A DNA stretch of 64,000 bases from Candidatus Latescibacterota bacterium (GTDB lineage: Bacteria; Latescibacterota; UBA2968; UBA8231): NCBI GenBank assembly GCA_965242865.1, contig CBDETK010000013.1, forward strand, positions 2,912,001-2,976,000, given 5' to 3'. Under the pieces are notes generated by a model, which was not told the DNA's origin, made no database searches, and saw only the letters and a list, made by a program, of their open reading frames with translations. Position numbers and translations under genes: made by a program. Positions 29,208-39,482 of this stretch are shown in pieces. Each line of letters opens with the position of its first letter. Position 1 is the first letter of the stretch.

Positions 29208-30253
29208 CGGTCCAAAGGGTCTAAGTCGAGGGCAATGTAGTGGAGGCCCAAGCCGGCGAGGGCCGCCACCAAGGCCGAGCGCACCGGGGCCGCGGCGAGG
29301 CGGGCGATGGATTGGGCGGGCAAGCGCAAAACGAGCATCCGGTCGCGCTGCTCGTACGCGGCCGGCAGGAGCGAATGGGCTGCGAGCAGCGGATTGACGC
29401 GCACAAAGAGCGGCTCGTCGCCCGCGGAATCAGCGATGGTGAGCAGCACCTCGTTCATGCTGCCGGAGCGGAAACCGCCCAGATCCGCGGTCGTTTGCCG
29501 GTAGCCAATTTCCCGCAAGTGCTCCACCACAGACCGGCACTCCGCTGGGTTGCCCAGCAGGCGCGTCAAGTCCTCAGCCGGCAACTCAATGCGCGACAGG
29601 GTCTCGTGATGGCGGGCGCGGACCTGATCAAAGCCACAGGTCTCGCGCAGATAGCGCTCGGCGCAGTCGATTTGGCGCAGGCCCTCGGCGGTGACCGGGG
29701 TGCCGTAGGGAAAGCGCGACGAGAGGCAAGCCATGGCCGGGCGATCCCACACCGCCAACCCCCAGCGCTTGGCCAAGGTGCGCACATCGTCCTTTGTCAG
29801 GCCCGCTTCCGCTAGGGGCGCGTGGACGCCGCGTTCGCGAGCCGCCGTAGCCCCGGGGCGGAAATCGCCGAGGTCGTCGGCGTTTTGGCCGTAGAGGATG
29901 TAATTGATCTTGAGGGTGTGCGCTAGCTGCTCCATGTGAGTGAAGAGCTCTTGTTTGCAGTAGTAGCAGCGGTTGGGCGCGTTTTTCGCGTAGTCGGGGT
30001 TGGCTAGCTCGCGGGTCTTGACCACCTCGTGGCGGATGCCAAACTCGCGGGTGATCTCGGCGGCTTTCTCCAACTCGCCGGTGGCATAGCTTTCAGAATC
30101 CGCGGTGACGCAGATGGCCCCCTCGCCCAAGACCCGTTGGGCCGCCACCGCTAGCGTGGCACTATCGACCCCGCCGGAATAACCGACCAGCACTTGGCCC
30201 ATGGGGCGCAGAATTTCTTCGAGGTGTGCTAGTTTTTCGTCGAGGGAAAGCAC
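29204..30253 (-). CDS. larE: LarE-family ATP-dependent sulfur transferase with C-terminal extension
   Basis: SGGVDS PP-loop, RCYYCK, D..DFRPG..AA.E, ACLSSRFPYG, FRSGSMN. Start uncertain (GTG 30253). Confidence 0.85.
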   Translation of the reverse strand: MLSLDEKLAHLEEILRPMGQVLVGYSGGVDSATLAVAAQRVLGEGAICVTADSESYATGELEKAAEITREFGIRHEVVKTRELANPDYAKNAPNRCYYCKQELFTHMEQLAHTLKINYILYGQNADDLGDFRPGATAARERGVHAPLAEAGLTKDDVRTLAKRWGLAVWDRPAMACLSSRFPYGTPVTAEGLRQIDCAERYLRETCGFDQVRARHHETLSRIELPAEDLTRLLGNPAECRSVVEHLREIGYRQTTADLGGFRSGSMNEVLLTIADSAGDEPLFVRVNPLLAAHSLLPAAYEQRDRMLVLRLPAQSIARLAAAPVRSALVAALAGLGLHYIALDLDPLDR

Positions 30254-30258
30254 GGTGC

Positions 30259-31707
30259 TTAGAAAGGGGATTTTTCCGCGGACGCCGCACACGGCATGAT
30301 CGCAGCGTCAACCATGCCGTGCAGAATTTTCTTGTCGGCCGGGAAGACGAGGGCTTGGATGCCGCACAGCCGCGGCGCATCGCCGATGACATAGTAATAA
30401 GGACGCAGCATCACTCGGCCCCGCATGGGCACGACCTCGTCGCGGTCAAAGTCGTAGTAGCGCACCCGGCGGCGGGCGGCCTTGTGAAATTCCTGCAAAA
30501 TATAGGGCTGATACGCAAAGCGATCGAGGGCCGCTTGGACGCGCTCGGCCCATTCGGCTTCGGATAGGTCGTGGCCGATGGACACGCCCTTGCTCTCATA
30601 GGCTATGTTGGAAAAACCCGAGGGCTTGAGCACGAGCTCGCGCTGCTTCTTGGTTAGCTGCTTTAGCTGCTGCCAGTCGTTGACGGGTTGGCCGCCAATG
30701 TCGAGGCCGGGAATGATGGCGTGGGGCGGCAGGGGCCGCGCATCCACAATCCAAGAGCGCGGAATCAGGCTGCCCAAAGCGGCAAAAGGCTCCTTGCCCA
30801 AGGCGCGCCGCCAATGCGATTTGAGCGCGGGATGGTGGTAGAGGGCCAGCCAGAGCTTTTCTTCGAGATATGCCTTTGGCGGCGGAGTCAAGCACAGGGC
30901 GTTTTTCTTGGTGAAGTAAGCAAAAAGCTCGGCCTTGGGGATGTTTTTGAGGTCGAACAGCTCGAAGAAGCGATAGGCTGCGTCAATGCGCCAAGGGGCC
31001 GGCTCGTCAGCGCCTTGGAGGAAGAGGCCCTGTTCGTCAAAGCGAGCCTCGCGTGGGTGGGCACTGCGGGCCGGTTTGCCGGCCGCCTGCAAGCACTGGA
31101 CCAGCCACTCCATTTCTCGGCGATAGGCTTCGGACTCGTCCGAGACGAACAGGGCAAAATGCGGCTTGGCTACCTTGGCGGCCGCGGCCATAGCTTCGTA
31201 GAATGGGTCGATCAGGCCGCGGGCCCCGCCGATAATGTCGTAGCCGAGGTCGCCATAGACCTCCGAGATTTGGGCGGTGAACCCCATGCCGCCGGGGATG
31301 GCGTCTAGCTCGACTAGTTTGAAGCCGTCCTCGGTGAGGAGGAGGTCGGGACGGATGACCAAAGGCAACTGGGACTTGATGCGATTCCACAGGCCCATTT
31401 CGCGCACGGCACTCGGTTTGCCCAAGTCCAAGTACTCGTGGATCCAAGGCGGCTCAACGCCCTTGACGCTCTGGTGGTAGAGTTGGTTGCAGGCCCGATA
31501 AAACTGATGTAAGACCCCGCCGAGCTGGTCTAGGTAGCGGTGTTGCGCCGGCGAGAGCCAAAAAGGCTCTGGGGCGATGCGCCAAGGCAGGTTGCTGTCT
31601 GGGTGTAGATGAGTGCGGTCGCCTTCAAAAAGGCCGCCGGCGGGACAATGGGCGTTGATGTGGAGGCAGAGTGCTCTGAGGTCGGATGCAGTGCTGGGCA
31701 GGGACAT
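30259..31707 (-). CDS. Hypothetical protein, glutathionylspermidine-synthase / ATP-grasp-like
   Basis: IRPDLLL...ELDAIPGG.G, YRFFELFD, LEEK, LVLKPSGFS, ILQEF, LRPYY. Confidence 0.6.
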   Translation of the reverse strand: MSLPSTASDLRALCLHINAHCPAGGLFEGDRTHLHPDSNLPWRIAPEPFWLSPAQHRYLDQLGGVLHQFYRACNQLYHQSVKGVEPPWIHEYLDLGKPSAVREMGLWNRIKSQLPLVIRPDLLLTEDGFKLVELDAIPGGMGFTAQISEVYGDLGYDIIGGARGLIDPFYEAMAAAAKVAKPHFALFVSDESEAYRREMEWLVQCLQAAGKPARSAHPREARFDEQGLFLQGADEPAPWRIDAAYRFFELFDLKNIPKAELFAYFTKKNALCLTPPPKAYLEEKLWLALYHHPALKSHWRRALGKEPFAALGSLIPRSWIVDARPLPPHAIIPGLDIGGQPVNDWQQLKQLTKKQRELVLKPSGFSNIAYESKGVSIGHDLSEAEWAERVQAALDRFAYQPYILQEFHKAARRRVRYYDFDRDEVVPMRGRVMLRPYYYVIGDAPRLCGIQALVFPADKKILHGMVDAAIMPCAASAEKSPF

Positions 31708-31916
31708 CGAATAGGCTCGCTAAGCAGCGGTCTGAAACCCCACCTTGGGGCATGTTGAACAAACTGAACAAACCGTAGAGGCCAGCCTCCGTGCCGGCCT
31801 CCTTCTAAAATCACGTCCACCAATTTAGGATAAACGACATACCAGATCAACGACGGGCCGGTTGGCCAAAATTGAGCACCCACCGCATATTTGCTCGCAC
31901 CACAAAGGAGCGCGAT

Positions 31917-32747
31917 ATGGAGCTAATAGGCAGGCGTTGCCTAGTGACCGGCGGCGGACGCGGCATTGGGCGGGCCATTGCCTTGGCCTTGGCGCGAGAA
32001 GGGGCGCACGTAGCGGTTTTGGCCCGCACCGGGTCCGAGCTGGACGAGACGGTCGCGCTTTTGGCCGCCCAAGGCCGACCCGCGTTGAAGCTACGGGCGG
32101 ATGTGGGGCGGCGGGCGGAAGTAGATGCGGCCATCGAGCGAGTGTTCGCGGCTTGGGGCGGCGTCGATGTGCTGGTCAACAACGCGGGCATTCAAGGGCC
32201 TATCGGGCGAGTGGAAGAGGTCGATCCAGACGCTTGGATGCAAGCGGTGCAGGTCAATCTCGGCGGCTGCTTCTACTGCACCCGCAAGGTCTTGCCAGCC
32301 ATGATCGCCCAGCACTACGGCAAGATCATCAATCTCTCGGGCGGCGGTGCGGTGGGGCCGCGCCCCTTCTTTAGCGCGTACAGCGCCGCCAAAGCCGGCG
32401 TCGTGCGCTTTAGCGAAAACTTGGCCGGAGAAGTGGCCGAGTACGGCATTGACGTCAACGCCATGGCCCCCGGAGCGGTCAACACGCGGATGCTCGACCA
32501 ACGGCTAGCGGCCAGCGCGGCCCTGAGCGCGGAGGAACGGGCGCGCGATCAGCACCTGCTGCGCGAGGGCGACGCTACGGGCGAGCGGCCGGCCGCGCTG
32601 GCAGTCTATCTGGCCTCGGCGCGCTCCGATGGGCTGACCGGCCGGTTGCTATCGGCGGTTTGGGACCCCTGGGAAACCCTCGATGTCGAGGCGATCATGG
32701 CCACGGAGGCCTTTGCGGTGCGGCGCGTACCACGGCCGGAGGACTGA
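31917..32747 (+). CDS. Short-chain dehydrogenase/reductase
   Basis: TGGGRGIG, NNAG, YSAAK; AAGGAG before ATG 31917. Confidence 0.93.
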   Translation: MELIGRRCLVTGGGRGIGRAIALALAREGAHVAVLARTGSELDETVALLAAQGRPALKLRADVGRRAEVDAAIERVFAAWGGVDVLVNNAGIQGPIGRVEEVDPDAWMQAVQVNLGGCFYCTRKVLPAMIAQHYGKIINLSGGGAVGPRPFFSAYSAAKAGVVRFSENLAGEVAEYGIDVNAMAPGAVNTRMLDQRLAASAALSAEERARDQHLLREGDATGERPAALAVYLASARSDGLTGRLLSAVWDPWETLDVEAIMATEAFAVRRVPRPED

Positions 32748-32749
32748 GT

Positions 32750-33769
32750 ATGTACAAGGTAGGAATCGTCGGAGCGGGTCGCGTGGGGCAGCGGCGGGCG
32801 GCCACAGCCCACGCCCATCCCGCGTCCACAGTGGCCCTAATCTACGACGAGCGCCCGTCGGCCGCAGCCGAATTGGCCGCCGTATATGATGCCGCCGTGG
32901 CTGCTTCGCGGGAAGAGCTCCTCGCGGCCGATATGGACATCGCGGTGGTTTCGACGACGCACGACGCATTGGCCCCCATCAGCAGGGCCGCCCTCTTGGC
33001 CGGCAAACACGTCTTGTGCGAAAAGCCGCTCGGGCGCAACCCTGACGAAGCTCGGGCGGCCGTTGTCGCGGCCGAGCGGAGCGGGCGCGTCCTCAAGGTC
33101 GGCTACAACCACCGCTATCACCCGGCCATCCAAAAGCTGCACGAAGTTTGCACGGCCGGCGAGATCGGCCCGCTGTTGAGCATCCGGGCGCGCTATGGCC
33201 ACGGCGGCCGGCCCGGCTACGACCGCGAGTGGCGGACCGATCCCGAAAAGGCGGGCGGCGGCGAGCTTTTAGACCAAGGGGCCCATCTAATCGACTTGGC
33301 CAAGTGGCTCTTGGGGGATTTTGCCGAAGTCACGGGCTATGTCGAGACCCATTTTTGGGACTCGCCCGTGGAGGACAACGCCTACGGCCTCTTTCGCACG
33401 GCCACCGGACAGATCGCCTCGCTGCACGCGAGTTGGACCCAGTGGAAAAACCTCTTCAGTTTTGAGGTTTTCGGGCGCGATGGCTATGTGTGTGCCGAGG
33501 GCTTAGGGGGGGCCTACGGGCCGGAACGCGCCATCGTGGGGCGGCGCAATCCGCACGGCGGCGCACCGGACAGCGAGTGCTTTGACTACCCGGGCGCGGA
33601 CCGCTCGTGGGAGCTGGAGTGGGCCGATTTTTTGCGCGGCCTAGCCGGCACTGGCGCCCCTCATTCGCTTGGACGGGAGGCTTTGGAGACGCTCGAGTGG
33701 ATTTACCGGCTCTACCGGGCTGCCACCGAGGGGTGCGCCGTGCGGCGGGAAGAGCCTCTAACCGTATAG
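32750..33769 (+). CDS. Gfo/Idh/MocA-family oxidoreductase
   Basis: GIVGAGRVG, GKHVLCEKP, GGGELLDQGAH. Confidence 0.93.
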   Translation: MYKVGIVGAGRVGQRRAATAHAHPASTVALIYDERPSAAAELAAVYDAAVAASREELLAADMDIAVVSTTHDALAPISRAALLAGKHVLCEKPLGRNPDEARAAVVAAERSGRVLKVGYNHRYHPAIQKLHEVCTAGEIGPLLSIRARYGHGGRPGYDREWRTDPEKAGGGELLDQGAHLIDLAKWLLGDFAEVTGYVETHFWDSPVEDNAYGLFRTATGQIASLHASWTQWKNLFSFEVFGRDGYVCAEGLGGAYGPERAIVGRRNPHGGAPDSECFDYPGADRSWELEWADFLRGLAGTGAPHSLGREALETLEWIYRLYRAATEGCAVRREEPLTV

Positions 33770-33791
33770 AAAAAAAAGAGTTACGAATAGT

Positions 33792-33830
33792 ATAGCCGCC
33801 GTGCCGCTAGGGGCGATGGCTATTTTTTTT
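33792..33830 (+). terminator. Rho-independent terminator
   Basis: ATAGCCGCC...GGCGATGGCTAT stem followed by a T-run. Confidence 0.6.
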
Positions 33831-34007
33831 GCGCGCCTGTTATTTTTTTGAAAATTTTGCGCGAAAATTTCTTACCATATAGATAGTCAGACGGCAAACA
33901 CTACTTTTTTGTCATTAGAAAGGAAGGAAGCCTTTAGACGAAGTGAAGCACCCTAAACTCACTACTTATTACCGCAGTTCAGATACCCCTAACCCGCAGG
34001 AGGTGCT

Positions 34008-34259
34008 ATGAGAACAGATCGGGATAGTGCCCAAGTGGAACGCATTGCGATGGCCTATCGCCGTCTTGCTAATGCTATGATTCTCAGTACGTTACGCGAA
34101 ATATCCAAGATGGATGAGGTCGTGGAAACCCCAGATGACACCCCGGAGATGGCCTTTGTCGAAAGCTCTAGGATCGATCCTTGGTGCGAGTTGGCTGGCC
34201 TCGAACCCGAAGTCGTGCGTAGGGCTGCCAAACGGCTGATTGAGGACCGACCTTTTTAG
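34008..34259 (+). CDS. Small hypothetical protein (83 aa)
   Basis: AGGAGG RBS, AT-rich upstream region, downstream terminator. Confidence 0.7.
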   Translation: MRTDRDSAQVERIAMAYRRLANAMILSTLREISKMDEVVETPDDTPEMAFVESSRIDPWCELAGLEPEVVRRAAKRLIEDRPF

Positions 34260-34280
34260 CACTCCACAGCACAAACCAAC

Positions 34281-34317
34281 AAAAAGCTCCAGAACGAACA
34301 CTTCTGGAGCTTTTTTG
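34281..34317. terminator. Bidirectional Rho-independent terminator
   Basis: AAAAAGCTCCAGAA...TTCTGGAGCTTTTT between convergent genes. Confidence 0.85.
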
Positions 34318-34320
34318 TGT

Positions 34321-36399
34321 TTAGTGGCTGGCGCGGAGCGTGGTACGCGTGGCGTGGTCGAGGAGGCCGCGCACCACTTTTTCGGCATCGCGGTGGCGCA
34401 GATCTTCAAAGCGCAAGGCCCAGACGTGATCCCGGTACGCCATGTTGCGCAGCTCGATGAGGACCTTGACGTCAGCGGGGTTGTTGTGCAAGACCCCTAG
34501 TCCCTGCCCGCGGACGCGAGCACCAGCCCCTAAGGCCGGGAGCAGGGAGCGAGCGAATTGGCGCGAGACGCGATCGATCCGGCCACTCCGGCTGCTCTTG
34601 TAGTACAAAACTAGCGGTGCCTCTGGGCCCTTGGGGTTGACGTCGGCGTGGAAGGAAAGAAAGATGCGCCGGCCCCGCGGCGCCTTGGCAAGAGCCTGAC
34701 GGGCCACGCGCACCCGAGTCGAAAGATTGCTGCCGCGCGGCCAAGCACTGAGCTTATTGGTCTGGTTGTAAGCGGCCAAGTTGTACACTTCGTTCTTTTC
34801 GTTGACAAAGGTCTGGGTCGGCGGCTCGTTTTGGCGGATTAGGTGGTTGGGACTGAGCAGAGTCATGGTGGCTTGGGCGCCGTGCAAGCGCACCAAGACA
34901 TAGACCCGCAGCGCGATGTCAAAGACGTACTCGTCCTCGACGACATAGAGCGTTTTGCCGTTGCCATCGCGGGTGGAAACCACCGCGCCCGGGTCGAGCC
35001 CGCCGTGCCCCGGGTCGAGGACGATGTGCCAGCCTTCCAACCGGGAGCTCAAGCGCCCCATGCGCCCGACCTTGCGCTCGAATTCTCGCCACAAGCGCGT
35101 GGCTTGGCGATAGGTCTGGCGCGGCGAGTTTGGCTGCCCCTCGTAATAGGTCTTGCTCGGCTGGCGCGTATTGCGGGGCCGGGAGAAGTAATAAGGGCCG
35201 TTGCCGAAGGCGATTTTCGGGGTGTCTGAGCGGTGAATCTGTAAGTCGTCCCAATCAATCTCAGACAATTCCACCCAGCGCATAGGGCGCACCTTGAGCC
35301 GGTCGCCCGGATGGATGACGGCGTTGCGCTTCAGGTTGTTGACGCGGGTGATTTCAGCCACGCTCATCTGGTGTAGGCGGGCGATCTGCGCGAGGTAATC
35401 GCCGCGCTGAACCACGTACGTGGCGAGACGCGGCCCGCTCGAGGGCGCGGCACTTGGTTCGAGCTTCCCGTCTGGGTAGAGCTTGAGCTTTTGGCCGGGG
35501 TAGATGCGGTTTGACCGGAGGCCGTTGAGCACCTTGAGGCGATAGACGCTGACGCCGTACGCACGGGCAATTTCCCACAGCGCGTCCCCCCGCTCCACGA
35601 TGTGGACCGTGCTCTCCGCGTCTTTGAGGCGGAGCTTCTGCCCGATGAGAATCCGGTCGCCGACTAGGGCATTGAGGTGCTGCAACTGGCCGACCGAGAC
35701 TCGGTAACGCCGGGCGATCTCCGTGAGGGTTTCGCCCTCTTGCACCACGTGGACGGCTTCCTCCAACCGCGAAGCGCGCAGGCGCAACTTTTGCCCGGGC
35801 CGAATGAGGTCGCTTTTGAGCTGGTTGAGCTGGCGCAGAAAACCCAAGCCCACGTCAAATCGCAGGGCGATTTTCGACAGCGTGTCGCCCGAGCGAACCG
35901 TGTATTCGCGCGGCTCTTCGTCGTGGTCGTCGGCCAAGTCCCTCCGCACGGGCGCGGCCGCTTGCAAGCGCAGCTTTTGGCCGACGCGGATGACGTCCCC
36001 ATTGAGGCGGTTGAGTGCCTTGAGCTGGCGGACCGAGAGGGCGAACTGCCGAGCGATTTTCGACAGCGTATCCCCGCGCCGGACGCGATACCAATCGCCG
36101 CTGAGTGCTGGAGGCCCAACTTGCAGGCGCTGACCAGCGTATATCGTGCTGCTGGAGAGCTTGTTCCAGCGCTTGATTTGCGCCCGCGAGACTCGGTAGC
36201 GCGCGGCAATCTCAGAGAGCGTATCCCCGCGCTTGACCAGATGGACCCTTGGACTTTTGAGCTCGGCGGCGTCAAGTGCAAAAGCACACAAAAGCAGCAC
36301 CACCAGGATATAGACCGGGCGCGACATAGACTGAATATTGGAATTGGACAACAGGGGGAGGGGTTTTGCAAGTATAAGGCTATTAAGGTGATAGCGCAA
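34321..36399 (-). CDS. N-acetylmuramoyl-L-alanine amidase (Amidase_3) with six LysM domains
   Basis: Six V..GDTL..IA-type repeats; IVLDPGHGG.DPGA, E..., LSFHAD, VLIE. True start probably MSRPVYIL. Confidence 0.88.
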   Translation of the reverse strand: MRYHLNSLILAKPLPLLSNSNIQSMSRPVYILVVLLLCAFALDAAELKSPRVHLVKRGDTLSEIAARYRVSRAQIKRWNKLSSSTIYAGQRLQVGPPALSGDWYRVRRGDTLSKIARQFALSVRQLKALNRLNGDVIRVGQKLRLQAAAPVRRDLADDHDEEPREYTVRSGDTLSKIALRFDVGLGFLRQLNQLKSDLIRPGQKLRLRASRLEEAVHVVQEGETLTEIARRYRVSVGQLQHLNALVGDRILIGQKLRLKDAESTVHIVERGDALWEIARAYGVSVYRLKVLNGLRSNRIYPGQKLKLYPDGKLEPSAAPSSGPRLATYVVQRGDYLAQIARLHQMSVAEITRVNNLKRNAVIHPGDRLKVRPMRWVELSEIDWDDLQIHRSDTPKIAFGNGPYYFSRPRNTRQPSKTYYEGQPNSPRQTYRQATRLWREFERKVGRMGRLSSRLEGWHIVLDPGHGGLDPGAVVSTRDGNGKTLYVVEDEYVFDIALRVYVLVRLHGAQATMTLLSPNHLIRQNEPPTQTFVNEKNEVYNLAAYNQTNKLSAWPRGSNLSTRVRVARQALAKAPRGRRIFLSFHADVNPKGPEAPLVLYYKSSRSGRIDRVSRQFARSLLPALGAGARVRGQGLGVLHNNPADVKVLIELRNMAYRDHVWALRFEDLRHRDAEKVVRGLLDHATRTTLRASH

Positions 36400-36443
36400 A
36401 GGCTACTTGCTGGCGGCCGAGGGGCCACCTATACTTCGCCCCC

Positions 36444-37826
36444 ATGAATGAAGCTAGGCTGCCCGCGGTCGATCAGATGCTCAAACAGGTTGCCGACCTT
36501 TTGCGCGAATACGACCGCGCCTATGTCGTCGAGCAGGTGCGCCGCTGCATTGCGGACGTGCGTTGCCAAGTGCAGGAAGGGGTTGTGGCCGAGGAGCGGG
36601 CGGCCTTGGCGTTGCGGGTCGAGCGGGCCGTGCGCCGCTGCATTGAGCAGGAAGCCGCGCCCCGGCTGCATCGCGTCGTCAATGCCACCGGCGTGGTGCT
36701 GCACACCGGCTTGGGCCGTGCGCCGCTGCCGCCAAAGGCCCAAGAGGCCGTCGCCCGGGTGGCCACCGGCTATTGCAACCTCGAATTCGAGCTGGAGTCG
36801 GGCCACCGCGGCGAGCGCGTCGCGCACGTTGAGGCCCTTATATGCTCGGCCACCGCGGCCGAAGCGGCCGCGGTAGTCAACAACAATGCGGCCGCCGTGC
36901 TCCTGCTGCTCGACACTTGGGCGCGGGGCCGGGAAGTGGTGGTTTCGCGGGGGCAACAGGTCGAGATCGGCGGCTCCTTCCGCCTGCCCGACGTCATCGC
37001 GGCCAGCGGCGCCAAGCTGCGCGAGGTCGGCACGACGAACCGCACCCACTTGCGCGATTACGAGCGCGCCGTCGGCCCAGAAACCGGGGCCATTTTAGTG
37101 GTGCATCCGAGTAATTACCGGGTCCAAGGCTTTACCGCCGAGGTCGGCCTAAAGGACTTGGCCGCCCTGAGCCAGCGCGCAGGAGTGCCGCTGGTTCACG
37201 ACTTAGGGAGCGGTGCTTTGGTCGATCTGACGCGGTGGGGGCTGCCGCCCGAGCCGGTCGTCGCCGCCAGTCTCAAGGCCGGGGCGGCCTTGGTTTGCTT
37301 TAGCGGCGACAAGGTGCTGGGCGGGCCGCAAGCCGGTATCATCGCTGGCCAGCGTCCCTACGTAGAGCCCGTGCGCCAAAATCCGCTGATGCGCGCCCTG
37401 CGCTGCGACAAGCTGATCTACGCCGCGCTCGAAGCCGCGTTGTCGCTCTACCGCCTGCCGCCGGACGAGCTAACGCAAGCCCTGCCCGTGCTGGCGATGC
37501 TGCGGGCGACCGTTGAAACCTTGGAGGCGCGTGCTCAAAAGGTCCGGTCCCTCCTGCCCGCCGCGGCCAGCCGCGCGCTCCGCCCCAAAGTGGTCGAATC
37601 GCTGGCCCAAGCTGGAAGCGGCTCGCTGCCCCTAGCCGAGATCCCCAGCCGGGCCGTGGCCCTCCAGCCGGCCGCAGTGCGGGTCGAGCAGCTAGGGCGG
37701 CAACTCCGGCGGCAAGGGGTCGTGGGGCGCATCGCCCGCGACCAGCTCCTGCTCGACATGCGCACCGTACACGACGACGAGGTGGAATGGATCGTCCGCG
37801 CCCTGATCCACGTCGCGGCGCAGTAA
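36444..37826 (+). CDS. selA: L-seryl-tRNA(Sec) selenium transferase
   Basis: VNATGVVLHT.LGRA, VNNNAAA, EIGGSFRLP, EVGTTNRT, DLGSG, FSGDK.LGGPQAG, RALR.DK. Confidence 0.95.
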   Translation: MNEARLPAVDQMLKQVADLLREYDRAYVVEQVRRCIADVRCQVQEGVVAEERAALALRVERAVRRCIEQEAAPRLHRVVNATGVVLHTGLGRAPLPPKAQEAVARVATGYCNLEFELESGHRGERVAHVEALICSATAAEAAAVVNNNAAAVLLLLDTWARGREVVVSRGQQVEIGGSFRLPDVIAASGAKLREVGTTNRTHLRDYERAVGPETGAILVVHPSNYRVQGFTAEVGLKDLAALSQRAGVPLVHDLGSGALVDLTRWGLPPEPVVAASLKAGAALVCFSGDKVLGGPQAGIIAGQRPYVEPVRQNPLMRALRCDKLIYAALEAALSLYRLPPDELTQALPVLAMLRATVETLEARAQKVRSLLPAAASRALRPKVVESLAQAGSGSLPLAEIPSRAVALQPAAVRVEQLGRQLRRQGVVGRIARDQLLLDMRTVHDDEVEWIVRALIHVAAQ

Positions 37827-38245
37827 AAGCCGCGCTAGTGCTCGCCGCTTGGCTGCTCAGCGGCTGCGGCGACAAAGCCCCCACCGCACCGCCGGCGTCG
37901 ATTCCCCCCGAACCTTCCGGTCGAGACGGGACCGTGTCGGTGGCCAACCACACGGCCTACGATCTCGAAGTAGCGTACCTCAACGAGACCGCTGCGGACG
38001 CGCCGCGGATCGTGCGCACCCGCGTACCGGCCGGCCAACGGGCAGAGGTTTCGGACGGGGTGCTGCCAGCCGGTCTAGCCGTGGAATTCGACTTGGTACT
38101 CGTGCCGCGCACGCCAGCCGGGATTCGGGTGCGGCGCAAAATCGAGGTCGCCATTGACGGCGATTGGGTCTTGCATCTGCGCTTGGCGGACGAAGCCGAT
38201 CCTTTCAGCCTAGCGATCACTGGCGCGGCCCCTAAGCGGCCATGA
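37787..38245 (+). CDS. Hypothetical lipoprotein
   Basis: LLSGC lipobox after a hydrophobic segment; start uncertain. Confidence 0.6.
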   Translation: MDRPRPDPRRGAVKAALVLAAWLLSGCGDKAPTAPPASIPPEPSGRDGTVSVANHTAYDLEVAYLNETAADAPRIVRTRVPAGQRAEVSDGVLPAGLAVEFDLVLVPRTPAGIRVRRKIEVAIDGDWVLHLRLADEADPFSLAITGAAPKRP

Positions 38246-38426
38246 GGGGCAATATTTTCGCTTGCTTTATCGCGGGGCGGGTTTTACGTTTGAGAAGCCC
38301 GCGATAAATTTTCAACCCCTTCCCCTTCCTTTTTTCGTCTTTCGCATAGCGCAGGGCAGTTTCTGTTTCTGCTAAATTGGCTAGCTGTGTCAGCCGCGCA
38401 CTTTCGGCACAGCAAGGGAAGCAAAC

Positions 38427-39422
38427 ATGGTTTTGGACATCCGCGACTTGCGAGAAGAAGCGGCGCCGGTCGTCGAAACATCGCTGGACCAATGGCTCCA
38501 AGGCGAGCCAGCTCCACCGCACCGGCTGGTGCTCAGCGCGGACGATTTGGAGCAGCTCTTGACCATCGCCGAGGATTCGAGCGACAGCCGGCGGCTGGCG
38601 GCCATCGACATCTTGAGCCATCACCGCTCTTGGCTGGCTTCGCTCCGCATGCTGCGCCGGATCGTGCGACTGGCGCGCAACGAGTACGCCCCGCGCCCGG
38701 CCGCGGCCTTAGTGCAAGCGTTGCGTCAGTGCGATGAGGTCGCCCAATTCCTGACCAGCAACGAGCGGGCGGTCGTCCGCGAGGCCGCGCAGGGCGTACC
38801 AATCAGCCGCCAAACCCTCGCGCCGATCACCGCAGCCCTAACCGCCGGCCTCCCCGCGGCCGTCGCGGCCGTACTCCTCGACAAAATTCGCCGCATCCAT
38901 CCTTCGATGGTGCCCTATGCAATCGACTGCCTCCTCAAGTGCGGCCCCAGCGAGAGCCTTTTGCGCGCGTTCTTGGCGCACGTGCCGCAGATCCCGCTCT
39001 TTGCCTTTTTCGTCGAGGCTGGGCTGCCCCAAGCCATGGCTTCGGGCACCAGCGTCTGGCAGCAGGCCGCGCGGATCGCCACGGAGGTCCTCCAAGCGGC
39101 GCCATCGGCCAAACTGCTGCGCCACCTGCTGAGCAAGTGCGGCGAGGACGCGGCCTTCGCCCGCACCCACGCCCGCTTCCTGCGCGGGATCGCCCAGCGC
39201 GCCGACACCTCGTTGGACGCCGACTTAATCGGCCACTTTGAGCGACTCAGCACCGGGGCCTCTGAGGACAAGGTCGCCCGTCTAGCGCCGCTCTTAGTTG
39301 GATTCAGTGGGAGACTCGACGGCCAAGCAGGGCAGCAGGCGGCCGCCCTGCTAGAAAATTGGAAATCCCGCTCGGCCTCACTCAAGCTCAAAATTTACCA
39401 TCTAGAGCAAGGCATCCGCTGA
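38427..39422 (+). CDS. Hypothetical alpha-helical protein
   Basis: 331-aa ORF with host-like codon usage; Ala/Leu-rich and helical; no motif recognised. Confidence 0.65.
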   Translation: MVLDIRDLREEAAPVVETSLDQWLQGEPAPPHRLVLSADDLEQLLTIAEDSSDSRRLAAIDILSHHRSWLASLRMLRRIVRLARNEYAPRPAAALVQALRQCDEVAQFLTSNERAVVREAAQGVPISRQTLAPITAALTAGLPAAVAAVLLDKIRRIHPSMVPYAIDCLLKCGPSESLLRAFLAHVPQIPLFAFFVEAGLPQAMASGTSVWQQAARIATEVLQAAPSAKLLRHLLSKCGEDAAFARTHARFLRGIAQRADTSLDADLIGHFERLSTGASEDKVARLAPLLVGFSGRLDGQAGQQAAALLENWKSRSASLKLKIYHLEQGIR

Positions 39423-39448
39423 GCATTTATCCAATCCGAGTCTCCCCA

Positions 39449-39482
39449 AGGGCCGTTCGTCGACGGGCGAACGGCCTTTTTA
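39449..39482. terminator. Hairpin terminator between convergent genes
   Basis: GGCCGTTCG / CGAACGGCC stem followed by a T-run. Confidence 0.65.

Noticed and set aside
36444-37826. selA suggesting a local selenoprotein or tRNA-Sec
   Set aside because: No selB, selC or selD and no convincing in-frame TGA read-through noticed in the window.
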